Notes: generated by a model not told the origin, from the letters alone. 51,590 nt of DNA from a virus (IMGVR_UViG_3300036859_000764:1-51590); one strand, 5' to 3'; positions 18,281 to 26,136 are shown, counted from the first letter of the stretch. Made by a program: numbers and translations.

Positions 18281-18507
18281 TTCCCATCCTCCGTGCCGAC
18301 CGTTTCCTCGAGGGTCAGCTCGTGCTTCTTGCCCCCGGTTGGCGGGGTTGCCGGCGGGGTTGCCGGCGGGACCGTGACTTGATCGAGAGCGCGTCGGCGC
18401 AGCAGCTCGGCGATGAGCCGGAGGACGATCGTCGTCCGCCCGGGAGGGGCCTTCGCCAATTCCCGCTTCTGCAGGTCCTCGAGCTCGGCGTCGGTCAGAT
18501 CTCTCAT
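18277..18507 (-). CDS. Small protein with PPAT linker and a C-terminal fibre-repeat-like motif
   Basis: ATGA overlaps on both sides; ends HELTLEETVGTEDGK. Confidence 0.6.
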   Translation of the reverse strand: MRDLTDAELEDLQKRELAKAPPGRTTIVLRLIAELLRRRALDQVTVPPATPPATPPTGGKKHELTLEETVGTEDGK

Positions 18508-19085
18508 CGTGGCCTTGTGGGTGACGGGAGAAGCAGCGCCATGGAGAGGGCGACGAGGGACGTCGGCGAGCCCTTCCGGAGCTTGGCGCCGGCCAGGAGC
18601 CTGATACCCTTGGCCACCGGCGTCGGCTTCTCGTTCAGCCAGTTCTGGAACACGACCGGGGTGGGAGTCGGGCCATCCTCGACCCACACGGTCGCGCAGA
18701 TCTCCACGCCGAGCGGTTCGCCGGGCTTGGCCCACCCGGCAGCGAAGCACCACACGGTGGCCCCGATCGGGATCAGCTGGCCTGGGCCTGGCAGAGCTAT
18801 CTCCTTGTGCATCTCCTTTGCCCCGCTGACGGACCCGTGGTAGTTGCCGATGACGACCCGGTGCGCGCCGTCGATGGTCGTCATGACGAGCTGGCAGAGG
18901 AGTTCATGGACCGACGCCTTCGCGGCGGATTGGAAAGAGAGGCCACGCGCGACCGCGCCGGCGGGGAAGGTGGCGGCCGAGATCCCGTTGCTCGCGGGCG
19001 CGGATGGCCCGGCGGAGATCCACGGGATCCGGCCTGGAATCGGGTGCCACTCGGCGTTCAGATGGACCGGCTTCAACGTGCTCAT
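18504..19085 (-). CDS. Hypothetical protein
   Basis: 193 aa, coupled to both neighbours. Confidence 0.65.
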   Translation of the reverse strand: MSTLKPVHLNAEWHPIPGRIPWISAGPSAPASNGISAATFPAGAVARGLSFQSAAKASVHELLCQLVMTTIDGAHRVVIGNYHGSVSGAKEMHKEIALPGPGQLIPIGATVWCFAAGWAKPGEPLGVEICATVWVEDGPTPTPVVFQNWLNEKPTPVAKGIRLLAGAKLRKGSPTSLVALSMALLLPSPTRPR

Positions 19086-19822
19086 CGTGGCCTCTCGCCC
19101 GCCTTCTCAAGCGCGCTCACCGCGTCGCCGTCCTCGTTGAACAGCCGTTCGAGGGTGCCGAAGTCGATCAGGAAGTGGCCGGGCCGCACGTGCGCGCGGA
19201 CCCATCGACCGGTCGCGGCCGCATTCCAGTCCGGGCCCCAGGAGTTGACGGCCAAGGCAACGCCGCGCTTCATGTCGACCCCGCGCAGCAACCACTCGTG
19301 GCCGCCGGCGATCGGGCTCGTCGAGCCGATCTTCACGAAGCCCTCCGGCGTCGGCTTGAACATGGACCGATACCAGTTGGTCCCGATCATCACCGGCCCG
19401 CGCGTGAGGACCCACAGCAGCGCGTCGCGCATCTCGGCCGCCCAGAGGTACTCGCTGATCAGGCCGCGCTTCTCGATGGCCTTCGCGACGCCGGTCCCGC
19501 TCGAGCCGGCCTGGAGCTTCTGGTTATCGGCCTCCGTCGACTCGATGTCGTTCTCGAGGTACTCGTCAAAGAGCACGACCTCGCGGTAGAGCTGCCACGG
19601 GTTTAGGAAGCCGCGGTGCCGGATCGGCGCGGCGTGGATCATGTGTGCGCCGGCGTGCGCGGTGCACGTCGCGGTCTTGCCCTGGTCGAGCGGTTCGCCG
19701 AGGAAGTCCCACGTCTTCAGGTCCGGGACCGGGAGGGTCGGCGGGGGCTCGGCTAGTAGCCGCCGCATCGGGTGTGCGGAGTTGCGTCTGTCGATCGACG
19801 GGAGACGGCCGAGGCCTGGCAT
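19082..19822 (-). CDS. Papain-like (C1) cysteine peptidase
   Basis: DQGKTATCTAHA (Gln/Cys), GGHEWLLRG (His) and NSWGPDW (Asn); GGAGG RBS. Confidence 0.9.
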   Translation of the reverse strand: MPGLGRLPSIDRRNSAHPMRRLLAEPPPTLPVPDLKTWDFLGEPLDQGKTATCTAHAGAHMIHAAPIRHRGFLNPWQLYREVVLFDEYLENDIESTEADNQKLQAGSSGTGVAKAIEKRGLISEYLWAAEMRDALLWVLTRGPVMIGTNWYRSMFKPTPEGFVKIGSTSPIAGGHEWLLRGVDMKRGVALAVNSWGPDWNAAATGRWVRAHVRPGHFLIDFGTLERLFNEDGDAVSALEKAGERPR

Positions 19823-20064
19823 CAGCACTCCCTCCACACGCCGCGCTCGAGGTAGCCGTGCCAGACCGTCGTGCCGCCCTCATCCTCCGACGTGATCAGG
19901 ATCGACGGCGACACCGTGATCGTCCCGTCTTCGTGTTCGGTGACGGTGTGGTTCGCGAGGCCACCGAGATTTCCCTTCGGCGGGCGTGCATGCCAGATAC
20001 CGCGGACCTTTCCGTAGTCGCCCGGGGCGAAGCTGCTGTCGTCTGGCCGGCGACGGCCGATCAT
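19822..20064 (-). CDS. DUF6527-like small protein
   Basis: DGTITVSPSIL...WHGYLERGVW. Confidence 0.7.
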   Translation of the reverse strand: MIGRRRPDDSSFAPGDYGKVRGIWHARPPKGNLGGLANHTVTEHEDGTITVSPSILITSEDEGGTTVWHGYLERGVWREC

Positions 20065-20198
20065 CGGTTCTTCCTCCGGCTACGTCGGCTCCGCTTCGCA
20101 CGCTGAGCACGTCGGACATGCGCATTCCGTCTCTTCGACTCCCGCGGCCGGCTGTGCCGTACCGCACGCGGGATATCGATGGCGACCTCGACGGTCAC
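20061..20198 (-). CDS. Small, very basic protein (45 aa)
   Basis: GTGA/ATGA overlaps on both sides; Arg-rich. Confidence 0.45.
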   Translation of the reverse strand: MTVEVAIDIPRAVRHSRPRESKRRNAHVRRAQRAKRSRRSRRKNR

Positions 20199-20509
20199 GG
20201 CTTCTCCGTCGCATTGGAGCCCGCGCCTCCGCCGGGCGGCGCCTTCGCCGCGGTCACGGCAGCCGGTGCCGCCCTCGTGAACCCGAACACGCCCGCGGCC
20301 GACGTAGACACCGCGATCCAACCTGCGAAGTAGGCGAAGGCCTGGGTGCGCTCGAACGTCCCGACGGAGTAGCCCCAAAAGGCCACGCCGAAGAGCGCCA
20401 AGCCGAGGACGGCGACCGGGCCCCAGGTGTCCCGCAGGCCCGCCCATTTCAACAATTGCACGAGGGCAACGACGGCCGCCGATACGCTGATGATGGCCTG
20501 GCCGTCCAT
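20195..20509 (-). CDS. Holin
   Basis: 104 aa with about three hydrophobic segments (VVALVQLLKWAGL...), in the lysis region; GAGG RBS. Confidence 0.75.
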   Translation of the reverse strand: MDGQAIISVSAAVVALVQLLKWAGLRDTWGPVAVLGLALFGVAFWGYSVGTFERTQAFAYFAGWIAVSTSAAGVFGFTRAAPAAVTAAKAPPGGGAGSNATEKP

Positions 20510-20727
20510 CAGTCCGTGTCCTCGGTGTAGCGACGGCCGAGCTCTGCCATGAGCGCGTCGGCCCAGGCAACGGCCGCCCGCGCGTTGCTTTGCGGATCCA
20601 TCTCCACGACCGAACCGCGGGTGGCCGTCGCGAATCCGGCCAGGATGTCGAGGGCGTAGCGTTCCCTGGTCAATGCCCGAGTGTCTCGTTTCGGCCGCGG
20701 CGGCGGCGGCATCAATGGGGCGCCCAT
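20509..20727 (-). CDS. Small conserved phage protein
   Basis: LTRERYALDILAG...AVAWADALMAEL pattern. Confidence 0.65.
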   Translation of the reverse strand: MGAPLMPPPPRPKRDTRALTRERYALDILAGFATATRGSVVEMDPQSNARAAVAWADALMAELGRRYTEDTD

Positions 20728-20978
20728 CAGGGCTTCCGCTCCGCGAGCATCTTGTCGACGCGCTCATCGCACGCCTTCCGGCCATCCGCCTCGGCTTGGT
20801 TGAGACTCCTGGCCATCGAATCCGTCGCGGCGCTTTCGGTGACGAGCTTCGCCTCGCACGCCGCGAGCTTCTCCGTCACCTCCACAGGCGTCGGCTCACG
20901 ACGCGCGAGAAAGACGCCGGCCCCCACCCCCAGGAGGCCGGCGAGGACCCAATGGACCCACGGTGCAAGCCGCTTCAT
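20727..20978 (-). CDS. Membrane-anchored coiled-coil protein (i-spanin-like)
   Basis: N-terminal TM helix, coiled coil and two Cys; close to the holin. Confidence 0.5.
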   Translation of the reverse strand: MKRLAPWVHWVLAGLLGVGAGVFLARREPTPVEVTEKLAACEAKLVTESAATDSMARSLNQAEADGRKACDERVDKMLAERKP

Positions 20979-21520
20979 CGTTTCTCCTCGCCTCCGACGG
21001 TCGCGTTCCACGCGGGGCCGCACTGAACGTCCGGCGTGTAGTCGCCGCCGAACACGACGCCGTAGGCCGCCGGTTCTCCGCCGACGCGGACGACTACCTC
21101 GTAGCGCCTGAGCAGCACGGCCAGCGCCACGCGCCAGCCCTTGGGTCGGATCGTCGAGCGAATGAACGGATCGTCGATCGTCTGCCCGGAGATTTTCGTG
21201 AGCGGGCCGTGGCGCCCCTGCATTCCTTCGCTGATCGTCACGTGGTACTGGCCGCAGTTGTCCTTTCTGGCCGTGTCCGCGATGGTCTCGGCGACCGACG
21301 GCAGCAACGGCTGGAGCGCCTGGTTGAAGGTGTACACCTGGAGGAAGACGTCGGCGCCGGAGCCGATCCGCTTCCGCTCTTCGGCGGTGAATCGCCAGCG
21401 CGTCATCACGCGGCCGTCGGCGTGCTTCAGCGAAGGCAGCGGCAGATACTCTGGCTGGTCCTTGGCATAGACCACCGGGGACCAGCCCTCGAGCTCGAGG
21501 TCGACTGCGACAGGCTCCAC
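20975..21520 (-). CDS. Hypothetical protein
   Basis: AKDQPEYLPLP...TRWRFTAEER motif; 181 aa. Confidence 0.7.
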   Translation of the reverse strand: MEPVAVDLELEGWSPVVYAKDQPEYLPLPSLKHADGRVMTRWRFTAEERKRIGSGADVFLQVYTFNQALQPLLPSVAETIADTARKDNCGQYHVTISEGMQGRHGPLTKISGQTIDDPFIRSTIRPKGWRVALAVLLRRYEVVVRVGGEPAAYGVVFGGDYTPDVQCGPAWNATVGGEEKR

Positions 21521-21523
21521 GGC

Positions 21524-22435
21524 CTACGCCCCGCGACCCACGCGCAGGAACTCGATCGGCGTCCCGTCGCGCAGCGTGAGCGGGACGACGGCCGGGCCCT
21601 CGCCGTCATCGTAGTCGGGCCCGACGATCCGCGGATTCATGATCTTGATCCCCTGCCCCGGGTCGGTGCGTCCTCGGAAACGCGGGCTGCAGCCCTTGTT
21701 CGCCTTGCGGTACTCGCGCGAGATGTCGACGGACCACTCGCCGTGTCCCGCCTGGTCCGGATCGGGCCCGGCCTCGAAGAGTGGCGAGCAGGGCGCGATG
21801 TCGGGCTGGCCCTGGTCGTTGGCCGCGGCCGACTTCGCGGTGTCGTTGGGCGGCTCTTCCCACGACGGGTCGTTGGGGCCGAACGCCTTCCCGTTCTGAT
21901 CCTTCGGCGTGAAGTCGGTCTCGAAGCGGATGTCGTCGACCTGCTTCTGCTTCAGCGGCGTCCCGCTGTCGTCGCCGGCGAGCCACCGCAGGCTCGCCTC
22001 GCCCACGCGCGGGCCGAGCGGTCCGCCGACGGTCGCGCCGGTGAGGATGTAACGGCCGTCGCGGATGAACCGCAGTTCACTCGGCGGCTTCGGCGGTTTC
22101 ACCGGAGGCGCGGGCGGGACGGGCGGCGCGCCGGGCTCGGGAACGGGCACGGGTACCGGAGCGGGCGCGGGAGGCTTCGGTCCGAACTGCCCCATCACGA
22201 ACGCAATCAGCAGCGCCCACTGCTCGGGCGTCAGCGACAGGCCGCGGACTGGCGACGCGCCGCGCCGCTTGCGCTGCCGCTCGAGGATGTCCTCGACCAT
22301 GTCCTCCGCGCGATTTACGATCTTGCGCTGCGCTGGATCGCGGACGTCGAGTCCCATGAGCTTCGCGAAGTCGACGCCCTTCGTCGCCGGCGCTGCCGTC
22401 GCGCGATTCGTGCTGGCCTTGGCCTTCTTCTTCAT
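21524..22435 (-). CDS. Protein with a hydrophobic segment, Pro-rich linker and C-terminal domain
   Basis: GGAGG RBS; PKPPAPAPVPVPVPEPGAPPVPPAPPVKPPKPP. Confidence 0.7.
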   Translation of the reverse strand: MKKKAKASTNRATAAPATKGVDFAKLMGLDVRDPAQRKIVNRAEDMVEDILERQRKRRGASPVRGLSLTPEQWALLIAFVMGQFGPKPPAPAPVPVPVPEPGAPPVPPAPPVKPPKPPSELRFIRDGRYILTGATVGGPLGPRVGEASLRWLAGDDSGTPLKQKQVDDIRFETDFTPKDQNGKAFGPNDPSWEEPPNDTAKSAAANDQGQPDIAPCSPLFEAGPDPDQAGHGEWSVDISREYRKANKGCSPRFRGRTDPGQGIKIMNPRIVGPDYDDGEGPAVVPLTLRDGTPIEFLRVGRGA

Positions 22436-22445
22436 CACGCCTCCT

Positions 22446-22763
22446 TCAAGATTCGCGAATGAACTCGAACCTCGCCGCCGACGCCCCGTCCTTCCGGAAC
22501 TCGGCACCGAGCATCACGGACCACGTTCCCTTCCCGTCCTTGTCCAAGACGCGGAGCCCTACCGCCAGCGTGGCCACGTCCTTCTGGACCGTGACGTTGG
22601 CGCGGAAGCTGGTCCTGTCGGGCGGGAACTTCTCGATGTGCCGGTCGATAAGATCGGCTATCGACTCGCCGCTGCCGAGGAGCGTGCGGAAGAAGCCGGG
22701 GACCGGGCGGTGCAGCTCGTAGAGCTTCCCGGCGGCGTCGGCCCGGAAGTAGCGGTTACTCAC
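22446..22763 (-). CDS. Hypothetical protein
   Basis: 105 aa, GGAG RBS, GTGA overlap. Confidence 0.65.
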   Translation of the reverse strand: MSNRYFRADAAGKLYELHRPVPGFFRTLLGSGESIADLIDRHIEKFPPDRTSFRANVTVQKDVATLAVGLRVLDKDGKGTWSVMLGAEFRKDGASAARFEFIRES

Positions 22764-23137
22764 CGTTTGTTCTCCAGAATGTCGAGCCGCATACCGCTCA
22801 TCGCTGCGAGGTCCTCGACCCTGCCGAGCCGGACGTGGTCACTGTCGTACTTTGAAAAAAGAGTCTGTGTGTCGCGCGTCAGGACTGCGATGCGCTCGCT
22901 CAGATCGCTGATCCGACGGAGCTCGCGCGCCAGGTCATCGAGGGAATCCTGGGACGGGATCCTCCTGAGAGCCTCGTTCACGTCGCTAAACCATTTGGGT
23001 TCTGGGATTCGCTCGACACTGGCCAGGATTCGGTTCAGCTCACGCTTGCCGAGCATGGTCACGAGTCCCAAGAGCAGCACTCCGGCGACGAGCGCCGTGC
23101 CGTTGATCTGCTGGGTGGCTTCCGCGATCTTGTCCAT
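22760..23137 (-). CDS. Membrane protein with coiled coil (lysis accessory, holin-like)
   Basis: One TM helix (ALVAGVLLLGLVTML) followed by heptad repeats. Confidence 0.6.
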   Translation of the reverse strand: MDKIAEATQQINGTALVAGVLLLGLVTMLGKRELNRILASVERIPEPKWFSDVNEALRRIPSQDSLDDLARELRRISDLSERIAVLTRDTQTLFSKYDSDHVRLGRVEDLAAMSGMRLDILENKR

Positions 23138-23273
23138 CAGACCGCCCACTCGTCGCTCGGTTCAGCGTCGGCGCAGGAGAGGCCCTCGACCACGCGCTCA
23201 GCGTTCTCGATCACGTCGGGGCTTTGCGCCGAGCTCGCGCAGGATCTCGATCTGGTGGACGACCGTCTCGATC
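23137..23273 (-). pseudogene. Remnant of a small gene interrupted by the HNH cassette
   Basis: IETVVHQIEILRELGAKP and DVIENAERVVEGL...WAV* read as one peptide if one C is removed from a CCCC run; the stop is coupled to ATG 23137. Confidence 0.4.
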
Positions 23274-23384
23274 CCTCGGGTCGAGGCGGTGCGGTATCGT
23301 GGTTGCACGGCGCGGGGTCGTGCCAATAACAAGAACGCTCCATCAGGCGGTCCCCACGCGCCCGGCTCTCGCGTATGCTTCGGC

Positions 23385-23852
23385 ATGCCGAATCCACGCC
23401 CACTGGTCGAGCGCTTCTGGGAGAAGGTCGACCGTCGCGGGCGGGACGAGTGCTGGCCGTGGAAGGCGTCGACGTGCGGCCTGGGTTATGGCCACATCGA
23501 CAACGGCGGCCGGGCCGTCCTGTCGCACCGGTTGGCGTGGAGATTCGCGAACGGTCCTATCCCGAAGGGCCTCCTGGTTTGCCACCACTGCGACAACCCG
23601 CCGTGCTGCAACCCGGCCCATCTGTTCCTTGGGACGAAGGTCGACAATGGACTGGACATGTCCCGGAAGGGACGACAGCACCGCGTCTCGCTCCCCGGCG
23701 AGATCAACCCGCGTGCCAAGCTTACCGAGGAGAAGGTGGCCAGCATCCGGCGTCTGGCCGGCGGGCTCTCGCATGTCGACATAGCCCACCTGTTCGGCGT
23801 GGACCGATCTACGATCTGGGGCATCGTGAACCGCGAATACTGGAGTTCCTGA
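23385..23852 (+). CDS. Free-standing HNH homing endonuclease with C-terminal HTH
   Basis: RFWEKVD...CWPW...SHRLAW...VCHHCDNPPCCNPAHLFLGT..DN. TATGCT -10 box ends 5 nt before the ATG (leaderless). Confidence 0.92.
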   Translation: MPNPRPLVERFWEKVDRRGRDECWPWKASTCGLGYGHIDNGGRAVLSHRLAWRFANGPIPKGLLVCHHCDNPPCCNPAHLFLGTKVDNGLDMSRKGRQHRVSLPGEINPRAKLTEEKVASIRRLAGGLSHVDIAHLFGVDRSTIWGIVNREYWSS

Positions 23853-23860
23853 CCGCTCGA

Positions 23861-24448
23861 TCACGAGACGCCCCGTCGATCCGCCCGCGCGATCTCGCAG
23901 TGCTCCGCGACGCGGTCCACGTAGGCGCGGAGCCGGATGTCCCCGTTCACGATCGCGTCCCCGGTCGGCCCGCCGTTGTACCTGGCCAACGCGCGCACCA
24001 GCAGCTCCTGCTCGGTCTCGTGCGGGTGCTGGTGGTAGACCGCCGCCCGCTCCGCCGTGAGGATCCGCAGCCCGAGCGCGATGTTGATCTGCGGCAGGAA
24101 CAGGAACCCGAAGCGCATCGGCGTCCCGGGCGGGACCCCACAGAGGACGCGAGCATTCGTCCCCATGACCTGCATGACGCCGTATGAGGCGTCGTCCTCG
24201 AGCTCGCCGTCGTCCTGGTCCGCGACGTCTGGATCCTTCGCGGCGTCCGTCCTGGTCGCGCGGTCCTGGTGTGGCTCGTAGCGGCGCGCCCGCGGATTCC
24301 CGGCGCTCTCGCCGAGGATCAGGCCCTCGAGGAGCTCGCCCGGCGTGAAGCCGCGGCCGCGGTACTGGAAGGGAGGGAGCGCGACCATGCCAGCCGCGGC
24401 GTCGATGAAGGCGCGGAGGCGGGGCTCGGCGGTGCGCAGCTCGTTCAC
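23861..24448 (-). CDS. Endolysin, soluble lytic transglycosylase (SLT) family
   Basis: ESAGNPRARRYEP, SYGVMQVMGTNAR and ALARYNGG motifs. Confidence 0.88.
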   Translation of the reverse strand: MNELRTAEPRLRAFIDAAAGMVALPPFQYRGRGFTPGELLEGLILGESAGNPRARRYEPHQDRATRTDAAKDPDVADQDDGELEDDASYGVMQVMGTNARVLCGVPPGTPMRFGFLFLPQINIALGLRILTAERAAVYHQHPHETEQELLVRALARYNGGPTGDAIVNGDIRLRAYVDRVAEHCEIARADRRGVS

Positions 24449-24507
24449 TCAGTTCCTCGAGGTGTCCGGAGGGCGGCCTGGTGCCACCCCCCGGACGGGT
24501 GAAGCAG

Positions 24508-24846
24508 TCAGCAGAGCAGCGGGAACCGGACAGCGGATGGCCGCGCGTTGTAGTCGAGCAGCAGCACGAGCGCGATCCGTCTACCGACACCGGAGCTGGC
24601 GCTCTCGTACCTCACGGGCTGGAAGGGCGTGGCGAAAAATTCGGGGGGCGCGAAGGCCTCGCCCGTGACTTCGATGGGCGCGAGCGTCGCCGGCGACAGG
24701 TCCGCCGGATGGCTCGTGAGCGCGATCGGAGGGCCGGTGTCGACGGCCATGATCACGGGCGCGAAGAGAGAGGCGAAGGCGATCAGCAGGCACAGGGCAC
24801 AGAGCGCGAGAACCAGGAGGTCCCTCGCGCGTCGAAAGTTCGTCAT
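24508..24846 (-). CDS. First late gene; signal/anchor-bearing small protein
   Basis: AAGGAG RBS; long N-terminal hydrophobic helix. Confidence 0.6.
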   Translation of the reverse strand: MTNFRRARDLLVLALCALCLLIAFASLFAPVIMAVDTGPPIALTSHPADLSPATLAPIEVTGEAFAPPEFFATPFQPVRYESASSGVGRRIALVLLLDYNARPSAVRFPLLC

Positions 24847-24865
24847 GCGGTGAGCTCCTTTAGGC

Positions 24866-24920
24866 AAAAGAAAAAGCCCCGGGCGCCGCGAGTGGATCTG
24901 ATCTCGCGACATCCGAGGCT
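24866..24920 (-). terminator. Intrinsic terminator in the late leader
   Basis: AGCCTCGG-a-TGTCGCGAG / CTCGCGGCG-c-CCGGGGCT stem followed by TTTTCTTTT. Confidence 0.8.
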
Positions 24921-24996
24921 CTGAACTCTGGCCGGGGTCTCAGCCCGGCCTCAGGACCGCCCGCTTCGCTACCGTCCGCGGGCCCGAAAGCGTCTA

Positions 24997-25026
24997 AGCG
25001 TGCGCTTTCTAACCGCTACGTGTCAA
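24997..25026 (-). promoter_or_regulatory. Late promoter (pR-prime-like)
   Basis: TTGACA (25026-25021)-N18-CACGCT (25002-24997); GAAAGCG-N10-CGCTTTC palindrome at 24986-25009. Confidence 0.6.
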
Positions 25027-25037
25027 GAATACTCCGT

Positions 25038-25250
25038 TCAGCCGTCCGACCAGTCGTAACGCCGCCAGACCTTGACGCCGAGGACGCAGCCCGTCAGCTC
25101 GTCCAGCTCGAGGACGATGTTGATCTCGCGCGGCGCGTGCTTTCCTGCCTTTGCGCGGCGTTTCAACTCCTCGATGACCGCGACCAGGTGCGCGAGCCCG
25201 GCCCGCGGGATCTCCTCGGCGACGCGGTCGGAGATGGTCGGCGCGCTCAG
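25038..25250 (-). CDS. 70-aa protein with a CTG start, last early gene; candidate late regulator
   Basis: GGAGG 8 nt before CTG; CTGA overlap with the upstream stop; strong GC3 bias; absent from the ORF track. Confidence 0.65.
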   Translation of the reverse strand: MSAPTISDRVAEEIPRAGLAHLVAVIEELKRRAKAGKHAPREINIVLELDELTGCVLGVKVWRRYDWSDG

Positions 25251-25435
25251 CGGTGCGCCCTCCGCATCCAGAGCCCGCGCCGACGGTAGCGGCGTAGGTA
25301 CTCGAACCGGCGTATGGCGGCATCGAAGCCGCGGATCGCTGCGACGTAGTGCGCGGCCGCTTCCCCGAGACGTCGGAACGCGATCGCGAGCCGCCCCATC
25401 TGGGACACGATGAGCGCCGGCGGCAGGCTATCCAC
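25247..25435 (-). CDS. Small hypothetical protein
   Basis: Coupled ORF. Confidence 0.5.
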   Translation of the reverse strand: MDSLPPALIVSQMGRLAIAFRRLGEAAAHYVAAIRGFDAAIRRFEYLRRYRRRGLWMRRAHR

Positions 25436-25727
25436 GCTCGGCCTCGGCCTTCAGTCGCTCGCGCACGTCGTCGTCGATCATGGACGAGCCTTCCGCCTCC
25501 TCGGCCCCATCTATCTCGCGGTAGGCGTCGCGCGCGAGCTGGCGCAGCCGTCGGACCTCGGCCACGAGGCGGTCGATCGCTGATGGCCACCGGTCGCCCT
25601 CAACCCCCAGCAGCCTCGCCTGCGAGATTAGCTTCGGGGCCGTGCGGCTGTAGTCGCGGTAGATCTCGAGGTCGCGCTCGATCTCGGCCAGTTCGTCGTC
25701 GGTGAGCGGCTTCGGCTCGTCGGTCAT
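25428..25727 (-). CDS. Hypothetical phage protein
   Basis: LTDDELAEIE...LVAEVRRLR pattern. Confidence 0.7.
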   Translation of the reverse strand: MTDEPKPLTDDELAEIERDLEIYRDYSRTAPKLISQARLLGVEGDRWPSAIDRLVAEVRRLRQLARDAYREIDGAEEAEGSSMIDDDVRERLKAEAERG

Positions 25728-25963
25728 GGCTTCCCCTTCCAGTCCACCGGCGCCAGCGGCGGCTCACATATAGCACGCGCCGCGGCCAGGTTGTCGAGGC
25801 AGACGTCGAGGCGCACGTCCGTGTCCTCGCGCAGTTTCTTCTGGTCCCAGGAGTACAGCGCGGCAGGTCGCCAGCGCATCGCCGCTATCGTGTGACCGGC
25901 GGTGAAGGCGATCGCCGCGACGGTGGCCAGGAGGAAGAGCAGCGCGGCGAGGGAGAGCTTCAT
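25724..25963 (-). CDS. Small membrane-anchored protein (start may be at 26119)
   Basis: MKLSLAALLFLLATVAAIAF TM helix; two Cys. Confidence 0.55.
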   Translation of the reverse strand: MKLSLAALLFLLATVAAIAFTAGHTIAAMRWRPAALYSWDQKKLREDTDVRLDVCLDNLAAARAICEPPLAPVDWKGKP

Positions 25964-26136
25964 CGCCGGTTGATGGCCGTCGTGGCGCCGATGCGTTCCT
26001 CGCTCTCCGCGCGAGCCTTCTTCGCACATTCCGGGCCACGCCGGCGAGGGCCAGCCGCGCCTGTCATGAGCTCGGCGGCAGAGAATGCCTCGCTGGGTGC
26101 CGTCCGGTCCTCGTCTCATCGCGACCCTCCACGGGT

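Noticed and set aside
18334-18371. Short tandem repeat GGCGGGGTTGCC
   Set aside because: Simply encodes the PPATPPATPPT linker.
22065-23384. N-terminal part of the 595-aa plus-strand ORF with Gly-rich repeats
   Set aside because: It is the antisense of the Pro-rich linker and neighbouring genes; only 23385-23852 (HNH) looks real.
25020-25289. Plus-strand 89-aa ORF near the late promoter
   Set aside because: Antisense shadow of the CTG-start minus-strand gene, which has the RBS and coupling.
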